A stretch of DNA of 64,000 nucleotides from Flectonema sp. DT1601 (taxonomy: Eukaryota). The stretch is taken from positions 62,001-126,000 of the forward strand of contig OZ025785.1 in the NCBI GenBank assembly GCA_964019425.1, given 5' to 3'. A program made the position numbers and the translations under genes. Under the pieces are notes generated by a model. The model did no database searches. It was given only the letters and a program-made list of their open reading frames with translations, and had not been told where the DNA came from. This document shows positions 45,543 through 56,230 of the stretch, piece after piece. The first letter of the stretch is position 1; each line of letters starts with the position of its first letter.

Positions 45543-48161
45543 TTATTTAGGAAATACTTTTTTAACAACAGCACTGCAACCTTCCAATCCCTTAACACTT
45601 TTCTTAGTTAGTTTTGTACCTATTAAGAATCCATATCCTATTGCAGTCACTTTCTTCAAACCGGTAATATCGATGGAGGCGAGGGACTCATTTTTAGTTA
45701 GTTTTGTTTCATACAAGAATCCATCTCCTATTTCAGTCACTTTCCTCAAACCGGAAACATCGATGTAGGTGAGGGACTCACAGTTACTAATAAAGACATC
45801 GCCAATACTCGTTACTTCACTAAAGGAAGACAAATCCACGCTAGTCAGAGACTTTGAATTACGCAAGAATCCACTTCCTATTTCAGTCAGCTTCTTCAAA
45901 CCGGAAACATCGATGGAGGTGAGGGACTCACAGAAACTAATAAAGTGATCGCCAACATTCGTAACTTCACTCAAGGAAGACAAATCCACGCTAGTCAGAG
46001 ACTTTGAATTACGCAAGAATCCACTTCCTATTTCAGTCAGCTTCTTCAAACCGGAAACATCGATGGAGGTGAGGGACTCACAGTAACCAATAAAGTGATC
46101 GCCAACACTCGTTACTTCACTCAAGGAAGACAAATCCACGCTAGTCAGAGACTTTGAACTATGCAAGAATCCACGTCCTATTTCAGTCAGCTTCTTCAAA
46201 CCGGAAACATCGATGGAGGTGAGGGACTCACAGTAACCAATAAAGTGATCGCCAATACTCGTTACTTCACTCAAGGAAGACAAATCCACGGTCAGAGACT
46301 TTGAACTATGCAAGAATCCACGTCCTATTTCAGTCAGCTTCTTCAAACCGGAAACATCGATGGAGGTGAGGGACTCACAGTAACCAATAAAGTGATCGCC
46401 AATACTCGTAACTTCACTCAAGGAAGACAAATCCACGCTAGTCAGAGACTTTGAATTATGCAAGAATCCATCTCCAATTTTAGTCAGCTTCTTCAAACCG
46501 GAAACATCGATGGAGGTGAGGGACTCACAGCGACTAATAAAGACATCGCCAATACTCGTAACTTCACTCAAGGAAGACAAATCCACGCTAGTCAGAGACT
46601 TTGAATTATTCAAGAATCCATTTCCTATTTCAGTCAGCTTCTTCAAACCGGAAACATCGATGGAGGTGAGAGACTCACAGTTATTAATAAAGTGATCGCC
46701 AACACTCGTAACTTCACTCAAGGAAGACAAATCCACGCTAGTCAGAGACTTTGAATTACGCAAGAATCCATTTCCTATTTCAGTCAGCTTCTTCAAACCG
46801 GAAACATCGATGGAGGTGAGGGACTCACAGTAACCAATAAAGTGATCGCCAATACTCGTAACTTCACTCAAGGAAGACAAATCCACGCTAGTCAGAGACT
46901 TTGAATAATGCAAGAATCCATATCCTATTTCAGTCAGCTTCTTCAAACCGGAAACATCGATGGAGGTGAGAGACTCACAGTTATTAATAAAGTGATCGCC
47001 AACACTCGTAACTTCACTCAAGGAAGACACATCCACGCTAGTCAGACACTTTGAGTATCGCAAGAATCCACTTCCTATTGCAGTCAGCTTCTGAAAACCG
47101 GAAACATCGATGGAGGTGAGGGACTTACAGTTACTAATAAAGTCATCGCCAACACTCGTTACTTCACTCAGACCGGATAAATTAACGTGAGTCAGAGACT
47201 TCGAGTTGTTCAAGAACTTGCTGGGGATGGCCGTCACATTGTGAAAAGTAGTGAAATCGATTGACGTCAGCGAGTCACAACTGTCTGACAGAAACTCTTG
47301 CTCAAAAGCAGTGCAACGGCTGCAGTTGGTGAATGACAACCGACGGATAGAAGACGGAAGCATCTCAACACAATCACTAGAAAGGGTGCCTTCATCGTCG
47401 ATATATTCTGAGGAATCGAAGACACACAACATGTCGGGATTTTGTGCGAACAAAATGTCAATTCGAGTACGAATATGTGAAGTTCTCAACTCCTCCGCAG
47501 TCACAACACGTTCAGGCCATTTGTATGTTCTTTTCACAGTACCCCAGTTGTTCGAATCTTCCAGCTCACGGAGGATCTCAGCACCCCATGAGGTGTTGTC
47601 AAATTGGGATTTGACTTCTTCCTTCGACGAGTGGGAGAGTCTCGGCCAGTCCAGCAGCAAGAAGAGTTCCTTCCTGAGTTGGGCTGAGACACCATCCTCT
47701 GTTTCACCCATGCCCAAGTAACCAATTCGAACTGTCTCGAAATACTCATCCTCGTTCAGCAGCCGAGGGAAGCAGGTGGACGAGAATACATTCCTCAGGT
47801 CATCTTCGACCAACTCCAACTTCCCGTCCCCCTTGAGATCAGCTTTAACAAACCCGATATCGTCACACTTCATGTCAGGATGCAAGGAAAGGGTTCCCAG
47901 TAATCGCGAGCTTCCTTCCACCAGCTTCGCCGACTCCTTCTCCCTCGCCACCCGGTGTACTTCCTTGTACGTCGTCAATTCAGTCACAGCCTCAGCATCC
48001 GTCATTCCAACCATGATCTCCTCCGACGATCTGAGAACGTCAGAAAAGCTGTCCATCAGCGCCCCCGACTCCTCCTTCCGACTCACCATTTCCACCAGCA
48101 GCTTCGCCATGAACCTCTGATGGCTCCTCAAAACAGAGGACAGGGAATCGATAGTTGTCAT
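45543..48161 (-). CDS. LRR family copy 6 (872 aa, 22 LRRs including a doubled C-terminal capping repeat)
   Basis: Intact ORF with one 3-nt in-frame deletion (LTVDL). It ends ETKLTKNES-LASIDI...GTKLTKKSVKGLEGCSAVVKKVFPK. Confidence 0.9.
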   Translation of the reverse strand: MTTIDSLSSVLRSHQRFMAKLLVEMVSRKEESGALMDSFSDVLRSSEEIMVGMTDAEAVTELTTYKEVHRVAREKESAKLVEGSSRLLGTLSLHPDMKCDDIGFVKADLKGDGKLELVEDDLRNVFSSTCFPRLLNEDEYFETVRIGYLGMGETEDGVSAQLRKELFLLLDWPRLSHSSKEEVKSQFDNTSWGAEILRELEDSNNWGTVKRTYKWPERVVTAEELRTSHIRTRIDILFAQNPDMLCVFDSSEYIDDEGTLSSDCVEMLPSSIRRLSFTNCSRCTAFEQEFLSDSCDSLTSIDFTTFHNVTAIPSKFLNNSKSLTHVNLSGLSEVTSVGDDFISNCKSLTSIDVSGFQKLTAIGSGFLRYSKCLTSVDVSSLSEVTSVGDHFINNCESLTSIDVSGLKKLTEIGYGFLHYSKSLTSVDLSSLSEVTSIGDHFIGYCESLTSIDVSGLKKLTEIGNGFLRNSKSLTSVDLSSLSEVTSVGDHFINNCESLTSIDVSGLKKLTEIGNGFLNNSKSLTSVDLSSLSEVTSIGDVFISRCESLTSIDVSGLKKLTKIGDGFLHNSKSLTSVDLSSLSEVTSIGDHFIGYCESLTSIDVSGLKKLTEIGRGFLHSSKSLTVDLSSLSEVTSIGDHFIGYCESLTSIDVSGLKKLTEIGRGFLHSSKSLTSVDLSSLSEVTSVGDHFIGYCESLTSIDVSGLKKLTEIGSGFLRNSKSLTSVDLSSLSEVTNVGDHFISFCESLTSIDVSGLKKLTEIGSGFLRNSKSLTSVDLSSFSEVTSIGDVFISNCESLTYIDVSGLRKVTEIGDGFLYETKLTKNESLASIDITGLKKVTAIGYGFLIGTKLTKKSVKGLEGCSAVVKKVFPK

Positions 48162-49231
48162 TATTTTTAAACTGGATGAGTTTCTGGTGATGAAGAATTA
48201 ATTCAAAGGATGCGTAACTTCAATTCAAGAACGTAATTCACATGATAACTGACACCAGAGAACAATCATCGCTACTCACTATGACTGCGGAATTAATTAA
48301 TTTAAATACTTGTATTGCGTGTACTTCATGGAGGGGTGAAACTTTCACAATGTAAAAACAATAACAACTTTAGGTATTAATACAAAAACTAATATCAAAG
48401 TATTCGATTGAATAGTTGTTAATAAAAGAAAAAGTTCGTTGTCTCATTGACCAGAAGACGTTGTCGAATCTGGTAATTCAGGGACCACGTACTATCAGGT
48501 TGAGAGTCCAATCCGTTACAACTTACACTTAAATAAAATAAAAAGAACAAAACAGTTCGTATTACAGGACTAGTTAGTAGTACACTGCTTTAATGTAAAA
48601 ACAATAACAGCTTTAGGTATTAAAACAAAAAGAATCGGCAGCTCACTAAATAATTCTCACACTGTGCGCAACCGGACCCCTTAATATGTAAACACTTCTC
48701 TAAATTCTTTTAGGAACGCACGTATTTCACTCTACCCCAGATATTTAAACACTACCCCAGTTCTTTCTTTTTTTTCATGACCTTACATATTTGCGTTCAA
48801 CCTTCCAAGCACGTCTCGAAGGTTCGTCAGCAGGATTCTCCTTCGACGATCCATTCGAATGTGAGATTTCGGAGAGTCACACGACAACAGGTCGGGTTAC
48901 ACCCGACTTGTTCCTGCAAATAGCTGAAATCAATTCCGTTTAAATAAATATGGTCTGCAACAAAATAATGGATTGAAAGGTTACTACTTTAGTACTGACG
49001 TCATTATTGATCTTCGGAATTGAATCTTAACGTCTTCTGATGTTGTCCAAGTTCAATTTATGTAATTTATCACCAACACTGAACACCAACAGAAGGGATT
49101 CAAATGTTTTATTAAAACTGACTGCTCTGAATTTCATTACAGACATCAGCCGTCTTCCTTAAGAAGAGGAAGTAAAAAGATATTAACACCCCAGTCAAGG
49201 AATATAATTACTTACTAATGGCTCAAGGTAA

Positions 49232-50734
49232 TTATATCCGATTGTTTCGAAACCGCTCCTTCAAAATCATTCCAACGACATCACTGCAATCTTCCAATCC
49301 CTTGAAATCTTTCTCAGTCAGTTTTGTATTCTCTAAGAAAGATCTCCCTATTGTAGTCACTTTTTGAAAACTGGAAATATCGATAGAGGTGAGGGACTCG
49401 CAGTTACTAATAAAGCAATCGCCAACACTCGTAACTTCACTCAGGGAAGACAAATCCACGCTAGTCAGAGAACTTGAGTATTGCAAGAATCCATCTCCTA
49501 TTTCAGTCAGCTTCTTCAAACCTGAAACATCGATGGAGGTGAGGGACTCACAGTTTCTAACAAACTCATTGCCAATGCTTGTTACTTCACTCAAGGAAGA
49601 CAAATCCACGCTAGTCAGAGACATTGAATTATGCAAGAATCTACTTCCTATTGTAGTCAGTTTCTTCAAACCTGACACATCGATGGAGGTGAGGGACTCA
49701 CAGTTATTAATAAAGTAATCGCCAACACTCGTTACTTCACTCAGACCGGATAAATTAACGTGAGTCAGAGACTTCGAGTTGTTCAAGAACGTGCTGGGGA
49801 TGGCCGTCACATTGTGAAAAGAAGTGAAATCGATTGACGTCAGCGAGTCACAACTATCTGACAGGAACTCTTGCTCAAAAGCAAAGCAACGGCTGCAGTT
49901 GGTGAATGACAACCGACGGAGAGAAGACGGAAGCATCTCAATACAATCACTAGAAAGGGTGCCTTCATCGTCGATATATTCTGAGGCATCGAGGACACAC
50001 AACATGTCGGGATTTAGTCCGAACAAAATGTCAATTCGAGTACGAAGATGTGAAGTTCTCAACTCCTCCGCAGTCACAACACGTTCAGACCATTTGTATG
50101 TTCTTTTCACAGTACCCCAGTTGTTCGAATCTTCCAGCTCACGGAGGATCTCAGCACCCCATGAGGTGTTGTCAAATTGGGATTTGACTTCTTCCTTCGA
50201 CGAGTGAGAGAGTCTTGGCCAGTCCAGCAGCAGGAAGAGTTCCTTCCTGAGTTGGGCTGGGACACCCTCTTCTGTTTCACCCATGCCCAAGTAACCAATT
50301 TGAAGTGTGTTGAAATACTCATCCTCGTTCAGCAGCCGAGGGAAGCAGGTGGACGAGAATACATTCCTCAGGTCATCTTCGACCAACTCCAACTTCCCGT
50401 CTCCCTTGAGATCAGCTTTAACAAACCCGATATCGGCACACTTCATGTCAGGATGCAAGGAAAGGGTTCCCAGTAATCGCGAGCTTCCTTCCACCAACTT
50501 CGCCGACTCCTTCTCCCTCGCCACCCGGTGTACTTCCTTGTACGTCGTCAATTCAGTCGCAGCCTCAGCATCCGTCATTCCAACCATGATCTCCTCCGAC
50601 GATCTGAGAACTTCTGAAAAGCTGTCCATCAGCGCCCCCGACTCCTCCTTCCAACTCACTACTTCCACCAGCAGCTTCGCCATGAACCTCTGATGGCTCC
50701 TCAAAACAGAGGACAGGGAATCGACAGTTGCCAT
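49232..50734 (-). CDS. LRR family copy 7 (500 aa, 7 LRRs, type B)
   Basis: Intact ORF with the same N-terminal domain, ends GMILKERFRNNRI. Confidence 0.9.
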   Translation of the reverse strand: MATVDSLSSVLRSHQRFMAKLLVEVVSWKEESGALMDSFSEVLRSSEEIMVGMTDAEAATELTTYKEVHRVAREKESAKLVEGSSRLLGTLSLHPDMKCADIGFVKADLKGDGKLELVEDDLRNVFSSTCFPRLLNEDEYFNTLQIGYLGMGETEEGVPAQLRKELFLLLDWPRLSHSSKEEVKSQFDNTSWGAEILRELEDSNNWGTVKRTYKWSERVVTAEELRTSHLRTRIDILFGLNPDMLCVLDASEYIDDEGTLSSDCIEMLPSSLRRLSFTNCSRCFAFEQEFLSDSCDSLTSIDFTSFHNVTAIPSTFLNNSKSLTHVNLSGLSEVTSVGDYFINNCESLTSIDVSGLKKLTTIGSRFLHNSMSLTSVDLSSLSEVTSIGNEFVRNCESLTSIDVSGLKKLTEIGDGFLQYSSSLTSVDLSSLSEVTSVGDCFISNCESLTSIDISSFQKVTTIGRSFLENTKLTEKDFKGLEDCSDVVGMILKERFRNNRI

Positions 50735-51460
50735 TATTTTTAACTGGATGAGTTTCTGGTGATGAAGAATTAATTCAAAGGATACGTAACTTCAATTCGA
50801 GAACTTTTTCTCAAAAAATCATGAAAATCATGAAAATCATTAAGATAGTGGGTGAGCTGATACATTTCCCAGCTGCTTGAAGTAGTCTCGTGACTACTGA
50901 TTCATCAAAATGTCAATTCAAGTACGATGATGTTGTAGTGCGATACGAAGATGATTGACTACTGCTATTGATGGTCTATCCCTAAGCACTGACAAAGAAC
51001 CACAAAAACTCAATCTTGAATTCATCAATCATCTAGAAGAAGGTTTACTCAGAGGAGAATGTGGATGGGCTTCACTCTATTATCGCAGACCATCTTTATA
51101 TGAAGCAAACCCGCTTTCTGCGAGAATTACAACAAATATTCCTCGAAGAGCATCAAACACTAGAACCCGACAATAATGAACATAAGCCATCCCCAGACGG
51201 CTGGTTTTCTCTTAGCTTCTCGGAATGGCAAGCAAACAACAGCTCAACAGGGATATCCGACGATTTGTCGACTCCGGAGCTTTCGATTATCCACAACATG
51301 TTTGCCGCCTTATCTTAACAACAAAACAAACACACGAATGTCGTATCTCGTATCTCATTCGATTCTATAATTATTCGACACATTCAAAAGGTAAAACAGA
51401 TCAACGATTATCTTTTCATCAATTCGACAGACTTCGTCAAACGTTCGGAATCTAACTTTC

Positions 51461-52935
51461 ATGTGTGTGTTTGCTTCTCTGGTTTCAAGCACAGCAAGGG
51501 GGATAGTGCTTGCAAGTGATACACCGGAACGCGTGGATTCTAGTTCCCTACAAGAAGTATGGGCCTACAAGTTCCTGGAACGGAAGGGTTGGTCACACCG
51601 TCGTGGAACCACTGCGAAAGTAGCGCCTGAAGCAGAACTTGCATCAGCTCGGTTAAGGTTTCTGGAACGCATCTCCAGTGCTCAAATACATGGTGCAATT
51701 CCTGACAACATGGTCATTAACTTTGACCACACCCAGTGCCTGATGCTTCCATCAAGCAAGTGCACCTTCAATGCCAAAGGTGCCAAGTCGGTGCCGATAT
51801 AATTCACCGATGATAAGCGGGGCGTCAGCGTAGAACTGGGTTGCTCGATGACAGGGGACATGCTCCCTATGCAGGCCATCTACAAGGGAAAGACGGCTAG
51901 ATCAACTCCACACAGCCACCCTTGTCTCGAACACCGAAATGTTGTGCTGTTAACCAGTAATCTAAGAGGGTGGGCAAACGAAACAACAACCATTGAGTAC
52001 CTTCAGAAAGCAATAGTCCCATACTTTATTAAAAAACGCCAGGAGCTGGGACTCGAATCGGATCACCCTGGCCTCGCAGTATATGACCAGTTTAGGGGGC
52101 AGATAACTGAAGAGGTCCTTCGTAGCTTTGACTTCTCATCTCCGGCCGCTGGATCTAACTGTCATGGCCAACTTCAAAAGAAGCATCAAGCTTTCCTTTG
52201 GAGAGTGGCTGACAGAGCAGACGCGCAAGCGGGAGGAAAAATTAAAAAAATCAAATCAAAAAGCTGATAGAAACGCTAAGCGCGCTGCGAAAGGGAAGGA
52301 TCCAAAAGAGGTTGCTGAATCTGAACCCACGAAGGAGCTCACAAAAACGAAGACCATTCGAGGGCCGCAAATTGAGTGGATAGTAACAGCCCTTGATAGC
52401 ATTACGAAAAAATAGTATCACAGCTGGTTTTATAAAAGCAGGTATTGTCAATCCTGTAAATCCACCCGAGCTACTGCTCAAATATTCGAACGAAGACGAC
52501 GACGACTTCATCAGAGTTACCACCCCGACGGGGAAGTGCAAGAAACAGCTTGATGATATTGTGCCACCTGTGAAGAACCCAAAACTTGAATTGCCAATTG
52601 TTGTAGAAGTTAAGTCTTTTCCTACACCCTATGCTTCAGCGAACACACAGAAAGTGATCTGTCTTACGTATTCAAGTTCATGTGTAACAAGCGAGCCCAT
52701 TAGGTTCCGTGGTTGCTTTCCTCTAGACCTGGCTTGCCCTCCTGAAGTCCGTAGTTGTGAACATGAGTTCATGTTTCTTAATACCGCACCTCACACCTCG
52801 GTGGGGTCACACTGGCTACTGGCTGTAACAACTATTGGGGAAGGGAACTCCTTAGTTGTAGTTGATCCTCGTCTCACCAGCAATACTTGCTGGCACCGAA
52901 AAATCATACTGGTGGTCCTTTGGCATTTGCGTTAA
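51461..52935 (+). mobile_element. Degenerate pogo/Tigger-type (DDE_1) transposase with a C-terminal cysteine-protease-like region
   Basis: WAYKFLER...RRGTT, INFDHT, DKR.VSV, GDMLPMQAIYKGKT, GWAN, YDQFRGQ, LRPLDL.V..NFK and I.AGF.KAGI. There is a stop at 51800 and frameshifts near 52130 and 52410. Then FRGCFPLD...FLNTAP...GSHWL...VVDP. No TIRs identified. Confidence 0.8.
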
Positions 52936-53571
52936 GACCCTTCCTGGCCAATAAAGTACAGAAACTGTAGCTTTAGAATCGTTGGTTAACCTTAAAAAGT
53001 AGTTACCTCAGGTTTTTAGAAGCCGGGTTTGCGGCAGGAAAAAATTTGCAGAATTTTTTATTTAGCAGAGTGGGGCTAGGGCTCTGTCTTAGCATTAACG
53101 TTAACGTAGGAGCGGCGAAAATTACACATTTTCGCCGAAGGGTATCTTGCCACCACCCAATGGTTACTCCACAAACCGAATGAAAACTTCACATTTGTCC
53201 GCAAGGTCTGGAATTATTTGCGAGACTTCGGACACAATGCAAGATAACAAAACACGTACTAAAAACCGTCAACAGCTAATAAGGTACAATTCGCTTTCCA
53301 TCACAAAATGCACCTGAGAAAGAAGAAAAAGTTAAGAACGAAAATAAAGACAAACGCTGGAATCGGAATTGTATCCACGACAAAGAAGTACCTACACTGT
53401 GAAGGGGCAGATTACTTCTGCATAGGTTAGGGCCCGGTTGTGCCTGATTTGGACTCGAGAAGCAATTCTCGTCGAAGAGAAGCGTTGAAGCTTCGGCGAT
53501 GGAAAAGGAACGGAGAAGAGAGTTACAGATGATAAGTGTTATTAAAATAATACTTTTGTCTAATTAACATT

Positions 53572-56157
53572 TTAATTAGATTCAAACATCCTACAAGACG
53601 TCGGTGGAGTATCTCCCAAATAGTATTGCAATTCCCACCGGCCGTCTCTCTCACGCCACACTCGAAGGTTATCAGACGCCGTTATTATAACATTGCCATC
53701 AGATGAAACAATGACAGCTTGTACCTTCTTAGAATGGCCTTCTAATGTGTGTTTTACTATACCCTTAGAAGACTGCAAAGTGATCATTTTTTCATTACAA
53801 ACTACGAAGTCACCGTTTCGTAGACTACTCGGGAGGATAGAAAGATAAGAAGAAAGAGAACATCCGATGGCTACACCTGTTGCTGCTTCCCATTGAAAAA
53901 ATTCACCATTGAAAACGCCAACAAGAAATTTTCCGCAATCCGAGAACGTGACATTCTTAACCTGCTGGGATATCGTTAACTTGGATTTCAACGTGTCTGG
54001 TGAGAGAAGCAATACATTCTCGGGAGTGGCACATGCTACGTTCTCTGTTGTGCATGCGATGTCCACAATTTCGATGTCCACAATTTCCTTTGCTAAAGAC
54101 CTGCTCGTCGGTTGCAAGGTTTCGTTGAAGACTTCCAGTTTGTGTTCAGCCCCAACGAATATAGACAACGATTTGCCATCGCGGCGGACAGCCATGCATG
54201 AATAAGAAATATTAATTTCATTCCTTGTAGCGACTACATTCCAATGAGTTTTTACGAATACTTTGATCTCACTTCGTGTCATAGTGACGAGGTACAATTT
54301 AGAGAGAGAGAGTGAGACAACATAATTATCTTTTGAATTACTGCTGGCCCGCAGACGAACGTGTTCAGTACCATTTTGCAAGTTCCAAATTATGACAAGG
54401 CCACTTTCACAGCCACTTGCCACTAAATCTGAATAAATTGAAACATGAGTGACATTCTGCTTGTGCCCTTGGTGGTGTACTGGTGAATAACCATCTTCAC
54501 GTGTGTTCCACAATCGAACAGTGTGATCATCGTCGCTGTATCCCGAGGTGGTAATATATTCACCATTGCTTGAGTATCTTATTGACATTACTTTACATCC
54601 ATGTCCATGAAGTTTTCTGTCGGGCTGCTTCTTTAGCAAACTAATTATTTCAACTTCTTTCAAACCTCCCAACGCCACGTAGTTCCCGCAAGTCGAGAGT
54701 GCCAGCCCACCGACATTTCCTGGAAGTTTCATCCGTTGTTCGTACTTCTCATTAACTTTACTCCAGATGTGAATCATGTTTTCGCCATCTTTCCAAGCAA
54801 AATCGATTTTAGCGTTGTTAACCCCCATTGGGAGAACAGCAATTTGCTGCGTATGGCTTGCGATAGATTGTAACAACTCATACGACTTCTCCATACGTCT
54901 CCATATCACGATTTCTTTGCCCTGTACACAAACTAAGTCACCTGCTGGAGTGTATGCTATACTCTTTGCCGCTCCGTTTACTCCCTCATGGTTTCTCCAT
55001 AAGGGTTCTTCTTGATCACCGTTCTTAACAACATCCCACACCATGACAGACGGCTTGCCTCCGTACTTTAGAGCAACTGCCAAGTGCGCATCATCAGGTG
55101 AGAAGACTAGGTCGTTAAGTAAGATATCCCCCTCTTCATGTTTAAGACAATTATACTTCCCTTCTTGGAATGGACTCCAGATAACCACTCTCGCAGAATG
55201 ATTAGTACCTGCATCAGAGCAAGTAGCAAGTAGAATGTTTTTATCATCTTTCGCACTGTTACAAGCAATTCCACTTATAAACAACGGATGGTACTCACTC
55301 AGATTTATCTTCTTAACAACTTTCCCAGTAGCTGATGAGTACAATCCGACATGATTATTGAAAGCGGCGACGACGTATTCGCTGGATGACGTGAATATCG
55401 ATTTCACTTTTGCATCCACACTAATCGGAGGTAGCCTTATGTCGAACGTCGGGTTATCAATTTCTGCATACTTAAAATTGCAACGCATCATAAGGCACCT
55501 CTTGAAGTCACAATTGATGAGAAACGATCCTTCAAAATTCACTTCAACTAAACAACCACCACAAAAACTCACATCCTCCAGGCGCAGACCGGACAAATCT
55601 TCACCAAATAACGTGCAACCTGAAGAGACTAACAACGACAATGCGTTGCTAGCGATGGTACGTTTCTTCTCAACTTCCTTCTTAACTTCCCTCTCAACTT
55701 CGGATGTCTTAACCAGAGGAAGTAATTTCTTACTCAACTCGTCGTGGTTTCCGGTACTTTGTTGAATGAGTTTGTGCTGTTCTAAGATTCCTGGCTGGGT
55801 TTTCGAAAAGCGTAATTTCGACAGCATCTCCCTCAACTCATCTTCACCACACTTGGCAATGTGACTGGCAATTAGATATTCAGCCAACGTTTTGTGATGA
55901 AATCTTACAACACCCATCTCGTAGTACACGGGCAGAAATATCACCAGTCTCTCGAACTCGGCTATCTCTTTGTCGTCTTTGAAATAGTTTGACGCCTTTC
56001 CTCCCCAGTGCCCTTGTTGCAGCATACGACACGCCAGCATCTCTGCCATGCGTTTCACATCCGCAGATTTTATTAGGTTTTCTTTCTTTTCATCTTCCAA
56101 CTGTTTCTTAATAAATCCATCGATAAACGCTTTGTAAACCGTGGATTTACTTGTCAC
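53572..56157 (-). CDS. Last exon of an NLR-like gene: winged helix + pentapeptide repeats + WD40 repeats
   Basis: Phase-0 acceptor aacaaacAG|GTG. Motifs: FHHKTLAEYLIA, ASNALSLLV, EDLSGLRLEDVSFCGGCLVEVNFEGSFL, and WD40 units such as GHGCKVMSIRYSSNGEYITT...TVRLWN, GHKQNVT...VIIWN and GHSKKVQAV...LRVW. Confidence 0.88.
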   Translation of the reverse strand: MTSKSTVYKAFIDGFIKKQLEDEKKENLIKSADVKRMAEMLACRMLQQGHWGGKASNYFKDDKEIAEFERLVIFLPVYYEMGVVRFHHKTLAEYLIASHIAKCGEDELREMLSKLRFSKTQPGILEQHKLIQQSTGNHDELSKKLLPLVKTSEVEREVKKEVEKKRTIASNALSLLVSSGCTLFGEDLSGLRLEDVSFCGGCLVEVNFEGSFLINCDFKRCLMMRCNFKYAEIDNPTFDIRLPPISVDAKVKSIFTSSSEYVVAAFNNHVGLYSSATGKVVKKINLSEYHPLFISGIACNSAKDDKNILLATCSDAGTNHSARVVIWSPFQEGKYNCLKHEEGDILLNDLVFSPDDAHLAVALKYGGKPSVMVWDVVKNGDQEEPLWRNHEGVNGAAKSIAYTPAGDLVCVQGKEIVIWRRMEKSYELLQSIASHTQQIAVLPMGVNNAKIDFAWKDGENMIHIWSKVNEKYEQRMKLPGNVGGLALSTCGNYVALGGLKEVEIISLLKKQPDRKLHGHGCKVMSIRYSSNGEYITTSGYSDDDHTVRLWNTREDGYSPVHHQGHKQNVTHVSIYSDLVASGCESGLVIIWNLQNGTEHVRLRASSNSKDNYVVSLSLSKLYLVTMTRSEIKVFVKTHWNVVATRNEINISYSCMAVRRDGKSLSIFVGAEHKLEVFNETLQPTSRSLAKEIVDIEIVDIACTTENVACATPENVLLLSPDTLKSKLTISQQVKNVTFSDCGKFLVGVFNGEFFQWEAATGVAIGCSLSSYLSILPSSLRNGDFVVCNEKMITLQSSKGIVKHTLEGHSKKVQAVIVSSDGNVIITASDNLRVWRERDGRWELQYYLGDTPPTSCRMFESN

Positions 56158-56230
56158 CTGTTTGTTGATTTTGACCTTACTAACTTCCCTGTATTGATCA
56201 AAGGAACTACCAGTATTTAATTACACATAC

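Noticed and set aside
53100..53145. Hairpin ggcgaaaa-ttacaca-ttttcgcc as a transposon end or terminator
   Set aside because: Only an 8-bp stem, and I found no matching terminus on the other side of the pogo remnant.
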